64,000 nt of DNA from Camelus dromedarius (lineage: Eukaryota). The DNA lies in the NCBI RefSeq assembly GCF_036321535.1, contig NC_087437.1, forward strand, positions 13,642,001 to 13,706,000. Direction: 5' to 3'. The stretch's first letter is position 1; every line of letters starts with the position of its first letter. Under the pieces are notes generated by a model. It worked only from the letters and a program-made list of their open reading frames with translations. It had not been told where the DNA came from and did not search any database. The translations under genes were made by a program, and so were the position numbers. Shown piece by piece: positions 27,648 through 41,530 of this stretch.

Positions 27648-28514
27648 ATGATAAGACATAAGTGATGTTATGGATGTAAAACCCTGACAGCTGCTTCATA
27701 AATGTCGCTATAACATTTTTACTGCTTGTCATCGCTTCCATTTGAGAAAGAGCCCAGCAGAGAGCAGCAACACTCTAAATGTCTAACCGTCTTTGCGCAG
27801 GTCAGTCACATCTAGGCAAAAATGTTGACGTTAATCGCTGCTGGCCAGGTGGACTTTGAGGATCAACAGTACATTTACAGTTTTTTCTAGGTCACTCACC
27901 ACGTGCCATGACAGACAACTGGCAGTGACAACTGGCTGTAGAGCAGGTAATTGAACCTCAAGGTGATTTCAGGGAGATAAGCATAAAGGGTGACACACAT
28001 GCAAGGAATTATTATTAGACCTAGTAAGGAATTGGGATGTATATTTTCCCCTGCGAGAACGCTGCAAATTCATGCCTCTAATATTAGACATTGCATTAGC
28101 TTCAGGAATAAGAAGTTTAAATCCAGTCATGAGAACTACTCACTTGTCCCATCTCCCAGCTGATAGCATCCAATTACAATGTTCTTCAAGTTGGGATAAC
28201 TGGTCCCTAATTATAAAATCCTGAGAGGGGTTGAAATATTATTCCTGTTCTGACAGGTAATACATGAAATTTTTCAATTTCTGTTTCAGCCTACACCAGC
28301 TCTCAATTCCTGGCTTGTCAGTTCTCCACAAAATTTTATATTGATTTTGAAAAATAACACAAACCAAAAAAAAAAAAAAGGTAACCTGAATATCACAGCA
28401 CTGTGGTAACCTGAGGCCTTCCTAACTTCATGGCTCTCAAACAGAGAGAGAAATAAATTGGTGAGGATAACCTGGCTTTATAAATGGACTTAGGCTTCAA
28501 AAGCCAGCTGTGAA

Positions 28515-29130
28515 TGTAACCAAGCAGGCCTTCTGGGGACAGACTCCCCCCACCTCCACCCCCCTGCCCTCTGCCTGCCTTTTGTTTGTAGAAAAGCTTT
28601 AGTCTCCCAGGCCTCCCCTGAGTCACAAAAAAAAAAAAAAAAAAAACTCAAGAGTTAAGGCGAACATGTAGTGACAGAAATTAGCAGTTGGGCCAGGAGA
28701 ACTGGTAACAATTTGAGCAACAGATGGCCATATAGCACTCACAGAATCTTCAGCTCCACCCGGAAAGACATAGATAGTGTCTGATGCACATTCCTGAGTT
28801 GTTTTGCAGATACTGAAACCCCCACCAGGTGGAAGAGGTTAACTGCCTGAAGACCATGAGCATGTGGCCCCTAGACCGGCTGGAGCTTGAGGTTTGATGA
28901 TCTTAACCCCTGTGACATCACCCTGTTACCTCACCATCAGCCAATCAGAGAACTGTGCACAAGCTGATCATGCACCCTGTGAGTCTCCTCCCTCACTTTG
29001 CCTTTAAAAATCCTCCCCTGAAACCCATCGGGGAGTTGGGGGTCTTCTAAGCATGAGCTACCCATATTCCTTGCTTGGTGCCTACAATAAATGCTACGCT
29101 TTCCTTCGCCACAGCCTGATGTCAGTAGAT
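28515..29130 (+). mobile_element. ERV1-class LTR, 3'-truncated; related to 61869-62335
   Basis: Starts tgtaaccaagcagg like the 61869 copy; shares ccaatcagag..tgtgcac...ctttaaa...aaaccc..ggggagtt; AATAAA near 29086. Confidence 0.8.
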
Positions 29131-29729
29131 AATGAATGCATTTGTGATTGTTAATTGGAGGAACAAGTTTATGTTTGGTGATTGTAAGTAGCTATTGCAT
29201 TTTAGTTCTCTATGACAAAATATCTGAGTCGAAAAAAAGTTTGGTATGCTTCACAGATCCTACCCCAGGGCTGCGTGTGTTTATATGGACTGGCTGGGAA
29301 GGGAGGGCACACAGGGAACACAGGTAGAAGATGAGTCCTGAAGGCTGATGGGCAAAGAGTTGAGGGCCTCGCAGTGGCTTCGTGAACCAGGATAATGCAA
29401 AACAGGTTCATCTGAGAGAAAGCAGAGGGGACCAGACAGTAAACAGGAATTCAGCCAAGTCCAAGGGGACAGAAATGAGTTGAAACTGAGGAGCACGTGG
29501 AGAAATCCTAAAAGAATCTTAGCAAAGGGGTATGCACACACAAGACCCCCAAATAAATTCTTCCCAGTGCTTGAGGATTCCAGGAATAAATTGCATCTTT
29601 TAGTCCCAATCATTCCCTATGCAAGTGTCTCTGAGGACAACCTCTAATCAGACATCTGATGGGTGTTTATGTATGTGTGTATATATACATTAGGCTATAT
29701 ATGTTAAATGTGTATCTTTATATGCGTAT

Positions 29730-29732
29730 GTG

Positions 29733-29765
<33 letters not shown>
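29730..29765. repeat. (GT)n microsatellite
   Basis: Interrupted GT run inside a low-complexity TA/TG tract. Confidence 0.9.
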
Positions 29766-29772
<7 letters not shown>

Positions 29773-32700
29773 CATATACTTCCCTCTTCCAGATCATAGG
29801 TCAGGAAGAATCAGGAATGGAACATGCCGGGATTTCTGCAGGCAGAGATTTATAAACACACAGGCAAGGACTAACTGGTAAAGATCCAGGAAGGTAGACC
29901 TCACCCCAAAAGAAGGCCCATGGGGGTCAGATGAGTTGTAATAAAAATAACACAGTAATAGACAGCGTGTGCTGACTATGTGCTTCCTAATTTAAGTGCT
30001 TGGTTCTCACTTAGCACTGCCAGTAACTCTACTGTTAAGTTGATATTCTTTTGACTGTGAGAAATAGAACCCCTTACTCAAACTGACTTAACCAGGAAAT
30101 AAATCTGTACTTTCTACAAGAGGAAACCCAGAAGTAGGGCAGACTTTGGGACTGAGTTGATTCAGAGCTTCAACCATGCCATCCAAGAACTAGGTTTCTA
30201 TCAGGGGTGGCTGGGGGGTGATCTCAATCCTCTGTGTAACAGGGTAGAAGATTTTAAATTAACCTATGCAGTTCCATCCACTACTATCCTGTCCCCACTG
30301 TTCACACAGCAACAGGGGCTTTCTGTTCTATATGCTGCTCTCAGGTAGGGTTGTTACAGCAAAAATGCAGAAAAAAAGAAAGAGTAGCTGTATGGACTTA
30401 AATTTCAAAATACACTTCTGAGGCCTTTGGCCTTGCTTTTCAAAGGAAAGGTTTTCTTTGCAAGAGCCTGAGTATTCTGAGCAGCAAAAGAAAAAATGTT
30501 TTATGGTAAATGCTGGATTTGAGGCTGAAGAGCAGCCCGCCCTCAGCCCATGCTGAAGCACTGGGAGAGGACGGAGCAGGAAAGGCTTGGGAAGCGGGGC
30601 AGAGGGCGCCGGAGGGCTGCGTGAGAGGCCGGAAGGGGCCAGGTAACCAGCAGGAGAGTCAGTATCAGAAGGTTCCTCAGAATCTACTTGAGCGGGGAGA
30701 TTGGCTAGCAGCACCAGGAGCTCTCAGGAGCGGAGTCCATGTCTCAAGGCCCTGTGGGTGCCAGTGGAGGGTGTGCCACACTGTTGCTTTTGTCACGGAC
30801 TAGCTGTCCTTCTCAGATCATCAATAAACACACCACCCCCAGCAGCCGGTGAGGAGCCTGTGGAGTTTCCAGCAAGAGCGACATCACTTGACTCCCTCCC
30901 CAAATTTGCTCAGTCCATACGAATTACTCCAGTAGTCAGCTGACCCTTGTCAATGACCCAGGGCAATCAGGAGCTCATAAGCCCGAGAATAGGGGCCTGG
31001 GTGCCTAGAAAGCTGCTGATGTTGAAGGTGGGAAAGGTCGCACGAGGACGGATGAACCGACTTGTTTGTGGTGCCCTCTTAAGGCCCCTCCGATGGTGAA
31101 AGAGCCTGGTTTTCCCCTCCAGCAGCTGGCTCACAGCATGGTCTACCTGAGCCGTTCCCACAGTACCAGTTGCGAACCTGCAATGTGTCTACAATCCCTC
31201 AATAATATCACAGTAATTTCCTTCAACCACAGGAAGTGCTCACAGGATGTGACTCAAAAGACTGAGAGTCCTTCTGTTCCAACACAGTAAGCAGCATGGC
31301 AACCCAGCTTTCCCACCAAATTCCTTATGGAACTCAGCGCACCACAGCCTCAGAAACCCTGGTGGATTCCCCAGGCCTTGCCAGCCAGGGGGGCAGAAAC
31401 GTAACTTCCAGGCCTCAGTTTCCTCCTCTGTAAAATGGAGGGATTGGTCCCGATGGCCTCTGCAATCACTGACTCTATGATTTCCAGAGTCCTTGGCTTG
31501 ACTCCAACAGGAATCTTTCACTTTTATTTATTCCTGTCTCCAAGACTAAAAGCTGTAAATCTAATTGGCAGTCACAAGACAAACAGAGAAATGCATAGAA
31601 AAAGAAAAACCACATTCATTCAAACTCTCTGATTCCCCCACCTGTCACTGTTAAAGACACAGCCAACAGCGGACGTTCTACGGACACTGGAGACCCTAAT
31701 TGATGGGCCCTATGAGAAACAGAGGGAACAGGAATCCAAACTGGAGGGGAACATCCTTTGCCAAGTTGTCTCTGCAGAGATGACAAGTGAGTTTTCTTCT
31801 TGAACGTAGGCTATGCCTCAAATGTGAGATGAATTCTTGCCTCTGACTCCTCTTGGTGTGGGCTCACCTATGACTCCTTAGTGACCTGGCAAATGACATG
31901 ACGTCCTTAGGGTCTCTAAAACCCGAGATCATAAGCAGGGCACCATAGGGCAGACTAGGCCTGTGGACATGCTTTATATGCTAAACAGCCCACCTGGGGC
32001 CTTCATTGCTTTTTTTAATTAATTGCCAACATTTGCAAAAGACAGTAAGACCTGGCAATTGCCCTGGAATTCAGGAGGGGCTGCCCCTTTCAGGACAGGG
32101 TCCCCATCTTGCCCACGCCACCCTCCACGTGTCCTGCCTGCCCCACAGGCATTTAAGTTTGTAAACCATGTTGTGAAATCACCCATACAGAATAAAACTC
32201 AGAGTCGTAGAGTGTTCTAGACACTCACCAAATAAAATAAATTGAAATAAAATAACAAAATTCCTGGAGAGACCCGCAACTTCTACAAAGTTGAGACAAA
32301 ACTTCCTTTCACTGCGGCCCCTTTCGCCGTCTGGCTCCAGCAGAACACGTCGCTCTGCACAAGAACGGCGGCCAGTGCGTGCTGAGACTCCTCAGAACAG
32401 TTGGGAAACAAGCTCAATGGAGAGCGGAGCAGAGATACTCCCCTGGGAGGGTTTTGCAGTGTCTCCTAAGTTCCTGTGATTGTCTTACCCTCACTCCCTG
32501 CATAATTCCTCCCTCCAACGTTCTTTTACATTTATTATTTGTTTAGAAGTCAGTCAGCTTTGCTAACCTGCGGTCTTTTCCAGAGAAAGAAACTTCTATG
32601 TCCTAAGTACTTAGCACAGTGCTTTGCGCATAGTAAGCACTCAGATTTACCCATCGGAGCTATTCGGGCAGTTGTCACACCCAACAGCAAACCCTGAGGA

Positions 32701-35282
32701 GCATCCCAGGACAGAGCCCGAGCCAGGCTATGGCATGGAACGTGTGTGCACGTGTGTGCAGTCACAACTGCCCGTTGTCTGAGGAGGTAAATCACTGGGA
32801 ACAATTATATGCTGGTGCAGCACCCCTTCAAGTAGTAACCTGCAAAGTTAGAATGCCACCTCTTCCCCAAGTACAGTGCAATCCTGTCGCTCTCAGGCTT
32901 ACCAACCTCTGCTGACAACACATCACCTATGAGATAAAGTTCACATTGCTTGGCAGACATTCAAGGGTCTTCACTGTCTCTCATCAACTTTCCCCTCCAA
33001 TCTCCCGCCACCCGTCCACGTCTTCTCTTCTCTCCCCTCTGGCCTTAAGACTCCTCAACACTCTAGCACCTCAAAGAGTGGTGGCAGTTTCCTCAGAAGG
33101 GCCATGTCTCTGCCCTTGCCCTTTCCTCTGCCGGGAATGCCTTTGCCTGCTTTCGCCATCTGGCTCCAGTAGAAGGTGCAGCTAAGGCCAGCCCCTCGGG
33201 CATGGTGGCTGGGCTGTGGGAACGGTGCTTGAACAGGTGGGCATGTGAGTGCAAAGGGCTGTCTGCTGGGAACCCAAGCATGGGCCTTTGTTGTAGTTTA
33301 CACGGTGAAATGAAGGACTAAACAGGCCATCATGACAGCGGTGGACAGGATCCCGTGGCATCCACAGGCATGTGGCAGCCAAGTGACAGGCCTGCTCATA
33401 CCCAACCAGACTCTCCAGTTTCCTCTGCCTGGTGTTGGACATCAATACTGACCACTCTGGACATGGGTACTTCTCAAAGTTCTAAGAAAAACTGTAAGTA
33501 GAGTGGGAAGAGATTATATACAGATGTGATCTTTATGTAATGTAAAGACACTTCCTGCTATAAGCTTGAGTGATAAATAGGCAAAACAAACTATATGTAG
33601 CTAGATTTACAGCCCAATTTGATGAAGCAGGTAGAGCCTCTTATGTGAATGTTCTTTCAGTGTGGAACATACCTCCTCCTTGCCTCTTTCTGGGAGGAAT
33701 GACTCGGGAATCAGCAAAAGCTCAAGCCGGACTGCAGACGCCCTACCTGGTGCAGACTGGGAAGCTCTATTCAATAGTAAAGCTCACATTTTAGAGCATT
33801 TGTTATATGCTAGGCAGTTTGCTAGAACATTGCAAGAATTATCTTATTTAAAACTCACCAAACAGCGTACTTCATGCCTGTTCTCGGAGAGGGTGGCGAG
33901 ATGCATGTGTCTGTGACCTGCAGAACCTTGTTTGGGTCGGGCAAAGCCTCAGGCAGGGGCGGGGCACGTCTGATAGAGCCCTACGTGCATGCCTGTCAAG
34001 CCTTCCCTGGAGGGAGACAGAAGAGAAGGTCAAGCTACCGCAGTCATTGTGCTGCTGCCCATTAAAAGCCCGAACTTGGAGGCTCCAGGTAAGGCCATGG
34101 GTTCTGGGCTTGGGGCGGTTTTTCAGGTCAAGGGAAGTGTTGGAAGGAGAACATGGAGGTCATAAGGCAACAAGGACCATTTAGGACATTCCAACTCTAA
34201 TGTGGGCCTGGTTTACCCTTAGTCATATGCCCTTGGTTCTCGGCATCTGCCCAAATTTGCCTCTTAGCTTTGCAATCTGTAAAATGTAGAAAGAGGAGCA
34301 GGCATGAGGGAAATTCACGTTTATTGTGTACCAGGTGCCAGGCAGAGCGGGAGGCACCACCCCGTGGGTCGTCTTGTTGGAGTTCACAGCGATACAGGTA
34401 TGGAGTGTTAGGCCGTTTTATGGATAAGCAAACTGTAATTCAAAGATGGCTTCCCCCCTCCTGCTGCGTTAGGATGCTCAGAAGCGTGGGTCAGGGAGGG
34501 GAGCTGCCTCTGCCTGTTTCCCTCTTGCTTTCCAAGACTAGTTGTCTGAAGAGAGAGGAAATTAGGGAAGGGACAATCGTGTGTGGTCTTATTGTGATCT
34601 GGTTTCAGGACCAGATGATTTATTCTCATTTGAATAATTACGAGTCGTATGAATTTGATACAACACAAATTATAACGCATTATCTTAGGCACTTGAATAT
34701 GTCAGTGAACAAAACAGACACGAATTCCTTGCCCTACTGGAGTTTCCATTCTCGCAGGCTCTGTACCTTGGGGCATCTCTAGGGATCTTCTAGGGAGATC
34801 TGCTTCTGCAGCCATCACTTTAGGTGGGCAGTCCGTCCCCTCCCGCTGCCTGCTTCCAAGCCACATCACCATCTAAAGGGCCATCTCCAGTCTCCTGGAG
34901 GAGGAGCTGGGGTGGAGCCCTTTTCAAAATGAGCCCTAGCCAGCTCCCTCCTGTGAGTCCACTTGCCCCAAACACACACAGCCTTCCTTCTGGCAGTCCT
35001 GTGCTTCATACTTCCCCAGGAAAGGAGCTCCAGCCATTTCTCTTCACTTCTGGTCTTCACCAGGTGGATTTTACCTACCAGGCCTTCTGTTGTGCAAACA
35101 CCAAAGGGTGCGCACTACACTCAGAGAGGTCCTCTGAAGCCCTTCCACTTGGCTTGAGGGGAGCACCCGCCTCCCAATTCCCATGAGAGTGGGGAGACAG
35201 GAATGCCACCCAGCTCCACTTTCTCCAAAGACATTCTCCTCTCCAGGCTTTTTGACTTTCACCTTTTCATAGACTAGCCATT

Positions 35283-35601
35283 CGTGCTGACCAATGCTAC
35301 CCACGTGTGACTGCTGAGAACCGAACATATGACTGGTCCACACTGAGATGTGCTACGAATATGAATATAAAATAGACACTAGGTACAGTAGACCTGGTTT
35401 TCTAAGTGACCAAAAACAGCAACAGTGAAATAGCTCCTTAATAATTTTTATATTGACTGCATGTTTAAGTGATCATATCTTAGATGCACTGGCTCAAATA
35501 AAATCTATTGTTAAAATTCACTTTTAACATTTTTAATGTGGCTTATAGAAAACTTAGAATCACACATAGAGCTCCCATTATATTTCTGTGGGGCAGCGCT
35601 G
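35283..35601. mobile_element. MER3/MER33-like hAT MITE
   Basis: tgactggtccacactgagatgtgct...ttttaatgtggc...cattatatttctgtggggcagcgctg. Confidence 0.75.
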
Positions 35602-35929
35602 TTGTGGATGAATGGTCCAGGTGCCCTGGACGATCTAGTTTCATAGTCACTTAGCTTGTCTTGCAGCTCAATGGAGAATGTGCAGTAAAAACATCTATTG
35701 CATTGTTCTAGGCCTTTGGGGGCTCAGCCTTAAAAGACAGTGAAATTGTAACATCATTTTCTATCTGCATTTCTCTGGAAAGAACTGCAGTGACATTTAT
35801 CATAATCTGTAGGGGTCAGTCATGCTGTTTCTCAAAAAAAAAAGTTAATTCTTATTTAGCGTATTCCTAATGTATTTCAAAGACTAATGCATCAGTGAAC
35901 ATTAAAACCTGGAACTGGTAAGAGACTAG

Positions 35930-38270
35930 GAGAGGGAAGAGGAGCTCTGAAGCACATAGACCTTGTGAAGATTTTGGCCTGTACTCTGAAGGAGATGGAA
36001 ACCTTTGGCGAATTTTGAGCCAACAAGTGACATGATCCAAATTACACTTTATAAGGATCACTGTAATGGCTGTGTGGACACCCTGGTGGATGGTAGCAGT
36101 GGAAGGTGAGAGCAGAAGACCAGTGGGAAGCTACTGCAATCAATTAAGCAACAGATGGCAGTGGCTTGAGCCAGGATGGTGGAGATGCACATGGATGTAT
36201 GTTGAAGGTACAGCCATCAGGATGTGTTGAAGGCGATCAGATGTGGAATGTGAGAAATGAGAGGAGAACAGGATTACTAAAAAGTTTTTAGTTTGAGAAA
36301 CTGAAAGAATGGAGCTGATATTTCATGAGATGGAAAAGACTTTGAGAAGGGAACGTCTGAGAAGCAGAAAAGCAGGGTGACGTTATGGGATACAGAATAT
36401 TTGAGATGCATCGTAAATACTGGCATAAAGCTCAGTCATACGCATGAGCTTTGAGCTCAGAGGAGAGGCCCAAGCTGGATATAAATTTGGGAGTCATCAG
36501 TATATAGTATTATGGCTGGTATTTAAAGTAGGATGTGAGTATAGGTAGAAAAGAGAAGTTTTTGGAGTCCCAGGGCACTCCAGTGTTCAGAGGACAGGAG
36601 AACAAGAACCAGCTAATGAGATGGCAAAAGAGTGGATAAGCAGGTAGGAAGAAAATCAGAAGACTGTGGAAGTCCCAGAATCCAAGTAAAGAGAGTGTTT
36701 CAGTCATGGAATAATGGAAGAGACCCTAGATTTAGCAGCATGGAGATCCCTGGTGGTCTTGACAAAAAATGATTGTATTGGTGAGTGGAGTGAGTTTAAG
36801 AAACTAAATGTCCATTGACAGTTGACTGGATAAAGAAGTTGTGGTATATTTATGCAATGGAATACTACTCAGCCTTAAAAATGACAACATAATGCCATTT
36901 GCAGCAACATGGATGTCCCTGGAGAATGTCATTCTAAGTGAAGTAAGCCAGAAAGAAAGAAAAATGCCATATAATATCACTCATATGTGGAATCTAAAAA
37001 AAAAAAAAAAAGACAAATGAACTGATATATAAAATGGAAACAGACTCGACTCACAGACAGAATACAGACTTATGGTTGCCGGGGGGAGGGGGGTGGGAAG
37101 GGATAAACTGGGAGTTCGAGATTTGCAGATACTGACTGGTATATGTAAAATAGATAAACAAGTTTATGCTGTACAAGACAGGGAAATATATTCAATATCT
37201 TGTAGTAGCTCATGGTGAAGAAGAATATGAAAATGAAAATATGAATATTCGTGTATGATTGAAGAATTGTGCTGTACACAAGAAATTGACAAAGCACTGT
37301 AAACTGACTATAACTCAATAAAAAAAGCTAAAGGTCTAAAAAAATTAATAAATTTACCATTTAGAATCAAAAATAAAAAAGGAAAAATGGGAAGAGAAGA
37401 AGTAGAAACGGTGACTATGGACAACTTTCTCAAGACGTTTTGCCACAAGAAGAACAGAGAAATGATTTGGTAGCTGGAGGATGAGTAGAATTGACAGACA
37501 TATATATATATATAATATATATATTTCAATATATTTGTATATTGAAATGGAAGAAACCATAGCAAGTGTATATACATGGGAATGATCCAGAAGAAAAGAA
37601 AAACTAAGGATGGAAAAGAAAGAATAGACTGTTTCCTGGAGCAAAGGCTTTGCACACATGAGAGGAGATACATCTAGTGTATCAGGAAAGGACTGGCTTT
37701 AAGAGCAAGGCTAGTTTAACCCTGGGAGTGGGAGGGAAGGTTGAATGATAGGGGCTGGGGCAAGAACTGGGTAAATATGACAGTGGGAGCAAGTGAAAGT
37801 ACCTCCAGCTGCTAATGGAAGAGTCATCAGAGTCATCAGTAAGAGTGAAGATGGAGGAGGAGGTGGTGAAAGTTTGAAAGAGTGGAAATAAATGACAAGA
37901 CTGAAATAAGTAAAAATAAATAATAATGGGAGGTTCTGAGAGTCAAGCGCCTGGAACAATACAGTGGTACCGCTGAGTGGCACTGATAGCCCATTTGAGT
38001 TCCATGAGGTCAACTAGCAGGCCTGTATGTCTTTCTCTGACCAGGTTCAGCATCATTGGTGAGCACGGGGCGGAGGGTGACAGGTTGATGTGATCAAGGT
38101 AGGAGTTTGCAGGGTTATAAAATTGATCATGCATATAAGGAAGTAACATAATGATGAACCATAGAATCAACGCTGCATAGGAGAGAAAATAAAGCTGTGA
38201 GAGATATAAAAGATGGTGGAAACGTGGCAGGATTAATTGATTGTAGGACAAGTGAGGTCAAAGAAATGTA
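35930..38270 (-). mobile_element. Long L2 fragment, interrupted by an L1 at ~36800-37380
   Basis: GA-rich antisense L2 motifs (ggatataaatttgggagtcatcag; gactatggacaactttctcaag) continue across the L1. Confidence 0.85.
36801..37326 (+). mobile_element. L1 3' end (ORF2 terminus plus 3' UTR), artiodactyl/camelid type
   Basis: taaatgtccattgacagttgactggataaagaagttgtggtat...gcagcaacatggatg...ctgactataactcaataaaaaaa. Confidence 0.92.
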
Positions 38271-40129
38271 GAAAATGGGGTGTGTTTTACACTACTCCAG
38301 CATTCAGTGGCTTTAAACAATAGTAATTATTCTCACTTATTTGGCTACAGTTCCACTGGGGATTGACTGATCTAGGCTGGGGCTGGCTGGGCCTGCCTCC
38401 AACCTACAAACTGAGATTTTCTTCACCTATCACTCATTCCCCATGAACCAGAAGGCTGGTCAGGGCTGGATTTTGTTGTTGTTGTTGTTGTTTGTTTTTG
38501 TTTTTGTTTTTGTTTTTTAAGGAAATGGCAAAAGCACGTGAGGTGAGTTCCACCACACGGGGAGGTCATACCGACTGCTACAGCAGCACGTGCTGTTAAT
38601 ACCTACAGCGCATCACGTGATAGAGCTGAGAGCAGCGGGGTGAGGGAGCCACAGCTGAGGGCTCAGCCCAGTGCTATATTACGGCCCATCCATTTGGGAG
38701 CCTTAGGGAGCTACACGTGGTTTTCACATGGGCTTCATTTGCCCCATGGATGGGCCGGATGAGTGTTGAGGAGAAAAATGTTCCCACTGAAACTGGGCTG
38801 AGCTTGAGAACTCCCAGATACTTTTCACCTCCCTGCTCGCTATATTAACATAGTGACTCCTCTACCAGCAAGAAACACTAAACGATAGCTGTGCCTTTTC
38901 GAAGAATAAGGTTTGTGAAGGGAGGGAAGAAAGCACAATAGGGCCCTGAGAACCCAAATCCAGAATATGGCACTGTGTTGGGGAGGAAATGTGTGCGGAG
39001 CAGCAGCACACGGCCACACGGGCGGTACACTGCGCACCCTCACGTGGACAACTCCACGAGTGGAGCCCCTGACACTGAGGACGTATTCACAGTGGCCCTG
39101 GACATGAGTGGGCGATGATGAAAGGGGAAACTGGGGGAAGGGAACACACATTACAGCCTGTTCCTGTTTCCCATGAGGCCAACTCACGTGTAACCCGTGT
39201 AGTGCTTCACAACGAGAGTCTGACACTGGAAGGCCAGCTGAAGTTACACAAAGCTTTTCCATCCATCACTGCATCTGCTCCTCACAATAATCTATTTCAG
39301 AGATGGAAAACCAGACTTGGCGGGTAGAGAGGCAGAGAAACAAAGCTAAAAGTGACAGAACTGGGATATAATCCAGGATTGTCTGTTTCTAAAGCCCAGA
39401 TATTTATCAATATGCCATGGTTTTCCAACAGCCTCTTCATATTTTAATGGAAATTCACCAAAAAACTGTGACAGCTCATCGAGCAAGCAAACAGGACAAA
39501 TGCCCTGGGCCAGCGCCCATCTCAGGCCCCAGGCAGGTTTTCCTATCTGCCTGCTCACCCACCACCTCTCCCAGGACATGGAGGAAATGTCTCCCTTGAA
39601 CAAGCGATTACATCTGTAGAAGCAACTGCAGGGTCAGCACAGTGACAGCTGCTGCGCTGCATCCCAGATTCCCCAGAGCTCACCATCCTTAATGGACCGT
39701 TTGTCTGCAAGAGTTCAAGGAGAAGCATTTATGTCCATTGGGCAAAAAAAAATGTCGTTTTTATGAAAGCAAGAAAGGAAATGACTCCTCAAGCAGTTCC
39801 TAATGAAGTAGGATTTATCTCTCTTTGTATTTGGTAAAAAAAAAAAAAAAAAAAAAGAAAAAAGAAAAAAGGATCTCTCCAGTCTAAATAAACTTTGACA
39901 GCTTCCCAGAAACAACCGCAGCCTGTTGAATAAACAAAGAGCATTTGAATGAACATTTCTTGGCCCTCTTAGCATACAATAGTTTTCCTTTTTTAACTAA
40001 AAATGAAGACCAAGTTTAATTTGACAATATAATCCTTGACGTCAGCAGCCCACGTTTCTTTATTCTCTCAACTAGATTCTGGGAAGAATTTGATGAAAGT
40101 AAAAGGCTGGACTTGGGCTGATCTGCAAC

Positions 40130-40820
40130 TGCACTTCTCAAACTTTAATGTGCAAGAGAATTACCTGGGGATCTTATTAAACGGTAAGTGATGATTCGTG
40201 AGGTCTGAAATTTCTAGTAAGCTCAGAGATGACACCATTGCTGCTGCTCCATGTTACCCCAAAAGAAAAAGGGGAAAAGACCCCAGCTCTTGTCATACCT
40301 GAAAGATAAGATTACAAGTGGGAGATGGTGCACTGTGTAGCGGAAGATTTGAAAGGATTTATTTAGAAAAGGAAGAGTACAGATCCAAGAGGTGGGCTGA
40401 TCCAAAGGAGGAAAAAGCAGCTGTCTGTCTCCCCTTTCTCTTATGCTCTCTCTTAGAGGTGGTCTTTTGATTGATCAATGGCTCTTGCCCCTGGAGTGTT
40501 TAGTCATGTTTAGCCCTTTTGCCCATGTCCTTACCCAACATGCACACCGAAAAACCCATGGGGGGACCTAAATCGCAATGCTAATTATATTACAATGAGC
40601 ACTGAGTCATGTCCGGTTACGTCCTTCTCACTACTGAGCAGTTGCTGTCAGGTTCTAGCTGGTTTCTTGCAGGCGCTCATTTAGAGGAAGGAAAGTCCCT
40701 TTATGCTGGAGGCGGGTATAACGCCATCTTCCGGACCATCCCCCCTCTCCTCACTTTATCTGCCTGGTGCCCCCACTTACCTAACTACCTGACACATGGA
40801 CCGCACTTTGACTCACAGTG
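40130..40820. mobile_element. MER5-like MITE split by an ERV LTR (40254-40794, minus strand, CATG TSD)
   Basis: MER5 sequence gctgctgctcCATG|...|CATGgaccgcactttga rejoins across the insert; the insert ends ctaactacctgaca. Confidence 0.7.
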
Positions 40821-41169
40821 GTCTAAATTTAGACCCTCAGATGTTCAGCAAGGCCCTTGCTCTTGGCTCTTTTCTCTCTCTTCACTGTCACTGAACAGCC
40901 CCAAGCAGTGCTTGCTCCCAGCAATGCACTGGCAATTCCAAAATCTCACTGTCCAATCCAAAACGTGAACTCTCTACGTGGGTGTGTTTCATTTGGGAAT
41001 GCCCAAAATTGTGCTTCTCATCCACCCTATCACCGGTCATATTTGTTCCTCCCCCTTGGTGTCTTCTCACATCCAATGACACCACCACCCACCCAACTGT
41101 TCAAGCCAGACTCCTTTCTTCCCACTTTTTTCTTCATCATTTACATATCTAATTGACTTAACTAATTGA

Positions 41170-41530
41170 CTTTAAGAAGGTGTAATTTACATGTAATAAA
41201 ATACATGTAATTTAAATGGTACAATTCAGTGACTTCTGACAAATTATGTTTCACCACCACCACAATCAAAATATAGAAGATATTCATCATTTCAAAAATT
41301 TATCTCATGCCCATTGCAGTCCATCTAACCAGATCCCTGGTAACCATTGATCTACTTCTTGTCACTGGAGTTTTGCACTTTCTAGAATTCTGTGTAAATG
41401 GCATCATTACAGAAAGTACTCTTTTCTGTCTGGCTTCTCTCACTCAGCAGAATGCTTTGAGATTCATCACATTGTTGCCTGCATCAGTAGTTCAGTCATT
41501 TTCATAGTTACATAGAATTCCATTGTATAA
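41170..41530 (-). mobile_element. L1MB/ME-like 3' fragment
   Basis: accaccacaatcaaaatatagaa...ctggtaaccattgatctact...tggcttctctcactcagcagaatgctttgagattcatc. Confidence 0.8.

Noticed and set aside
34270..34782. 170-aa ORF
   Set aside because: Non-ATG start, overlaps MIR/L2-like remnants, no recognisable homology.
40037..40044. Perfect CRE palindrome TGACGTCA
   Set aside because: One 8-mer in 64 kb is close to chance expectation.
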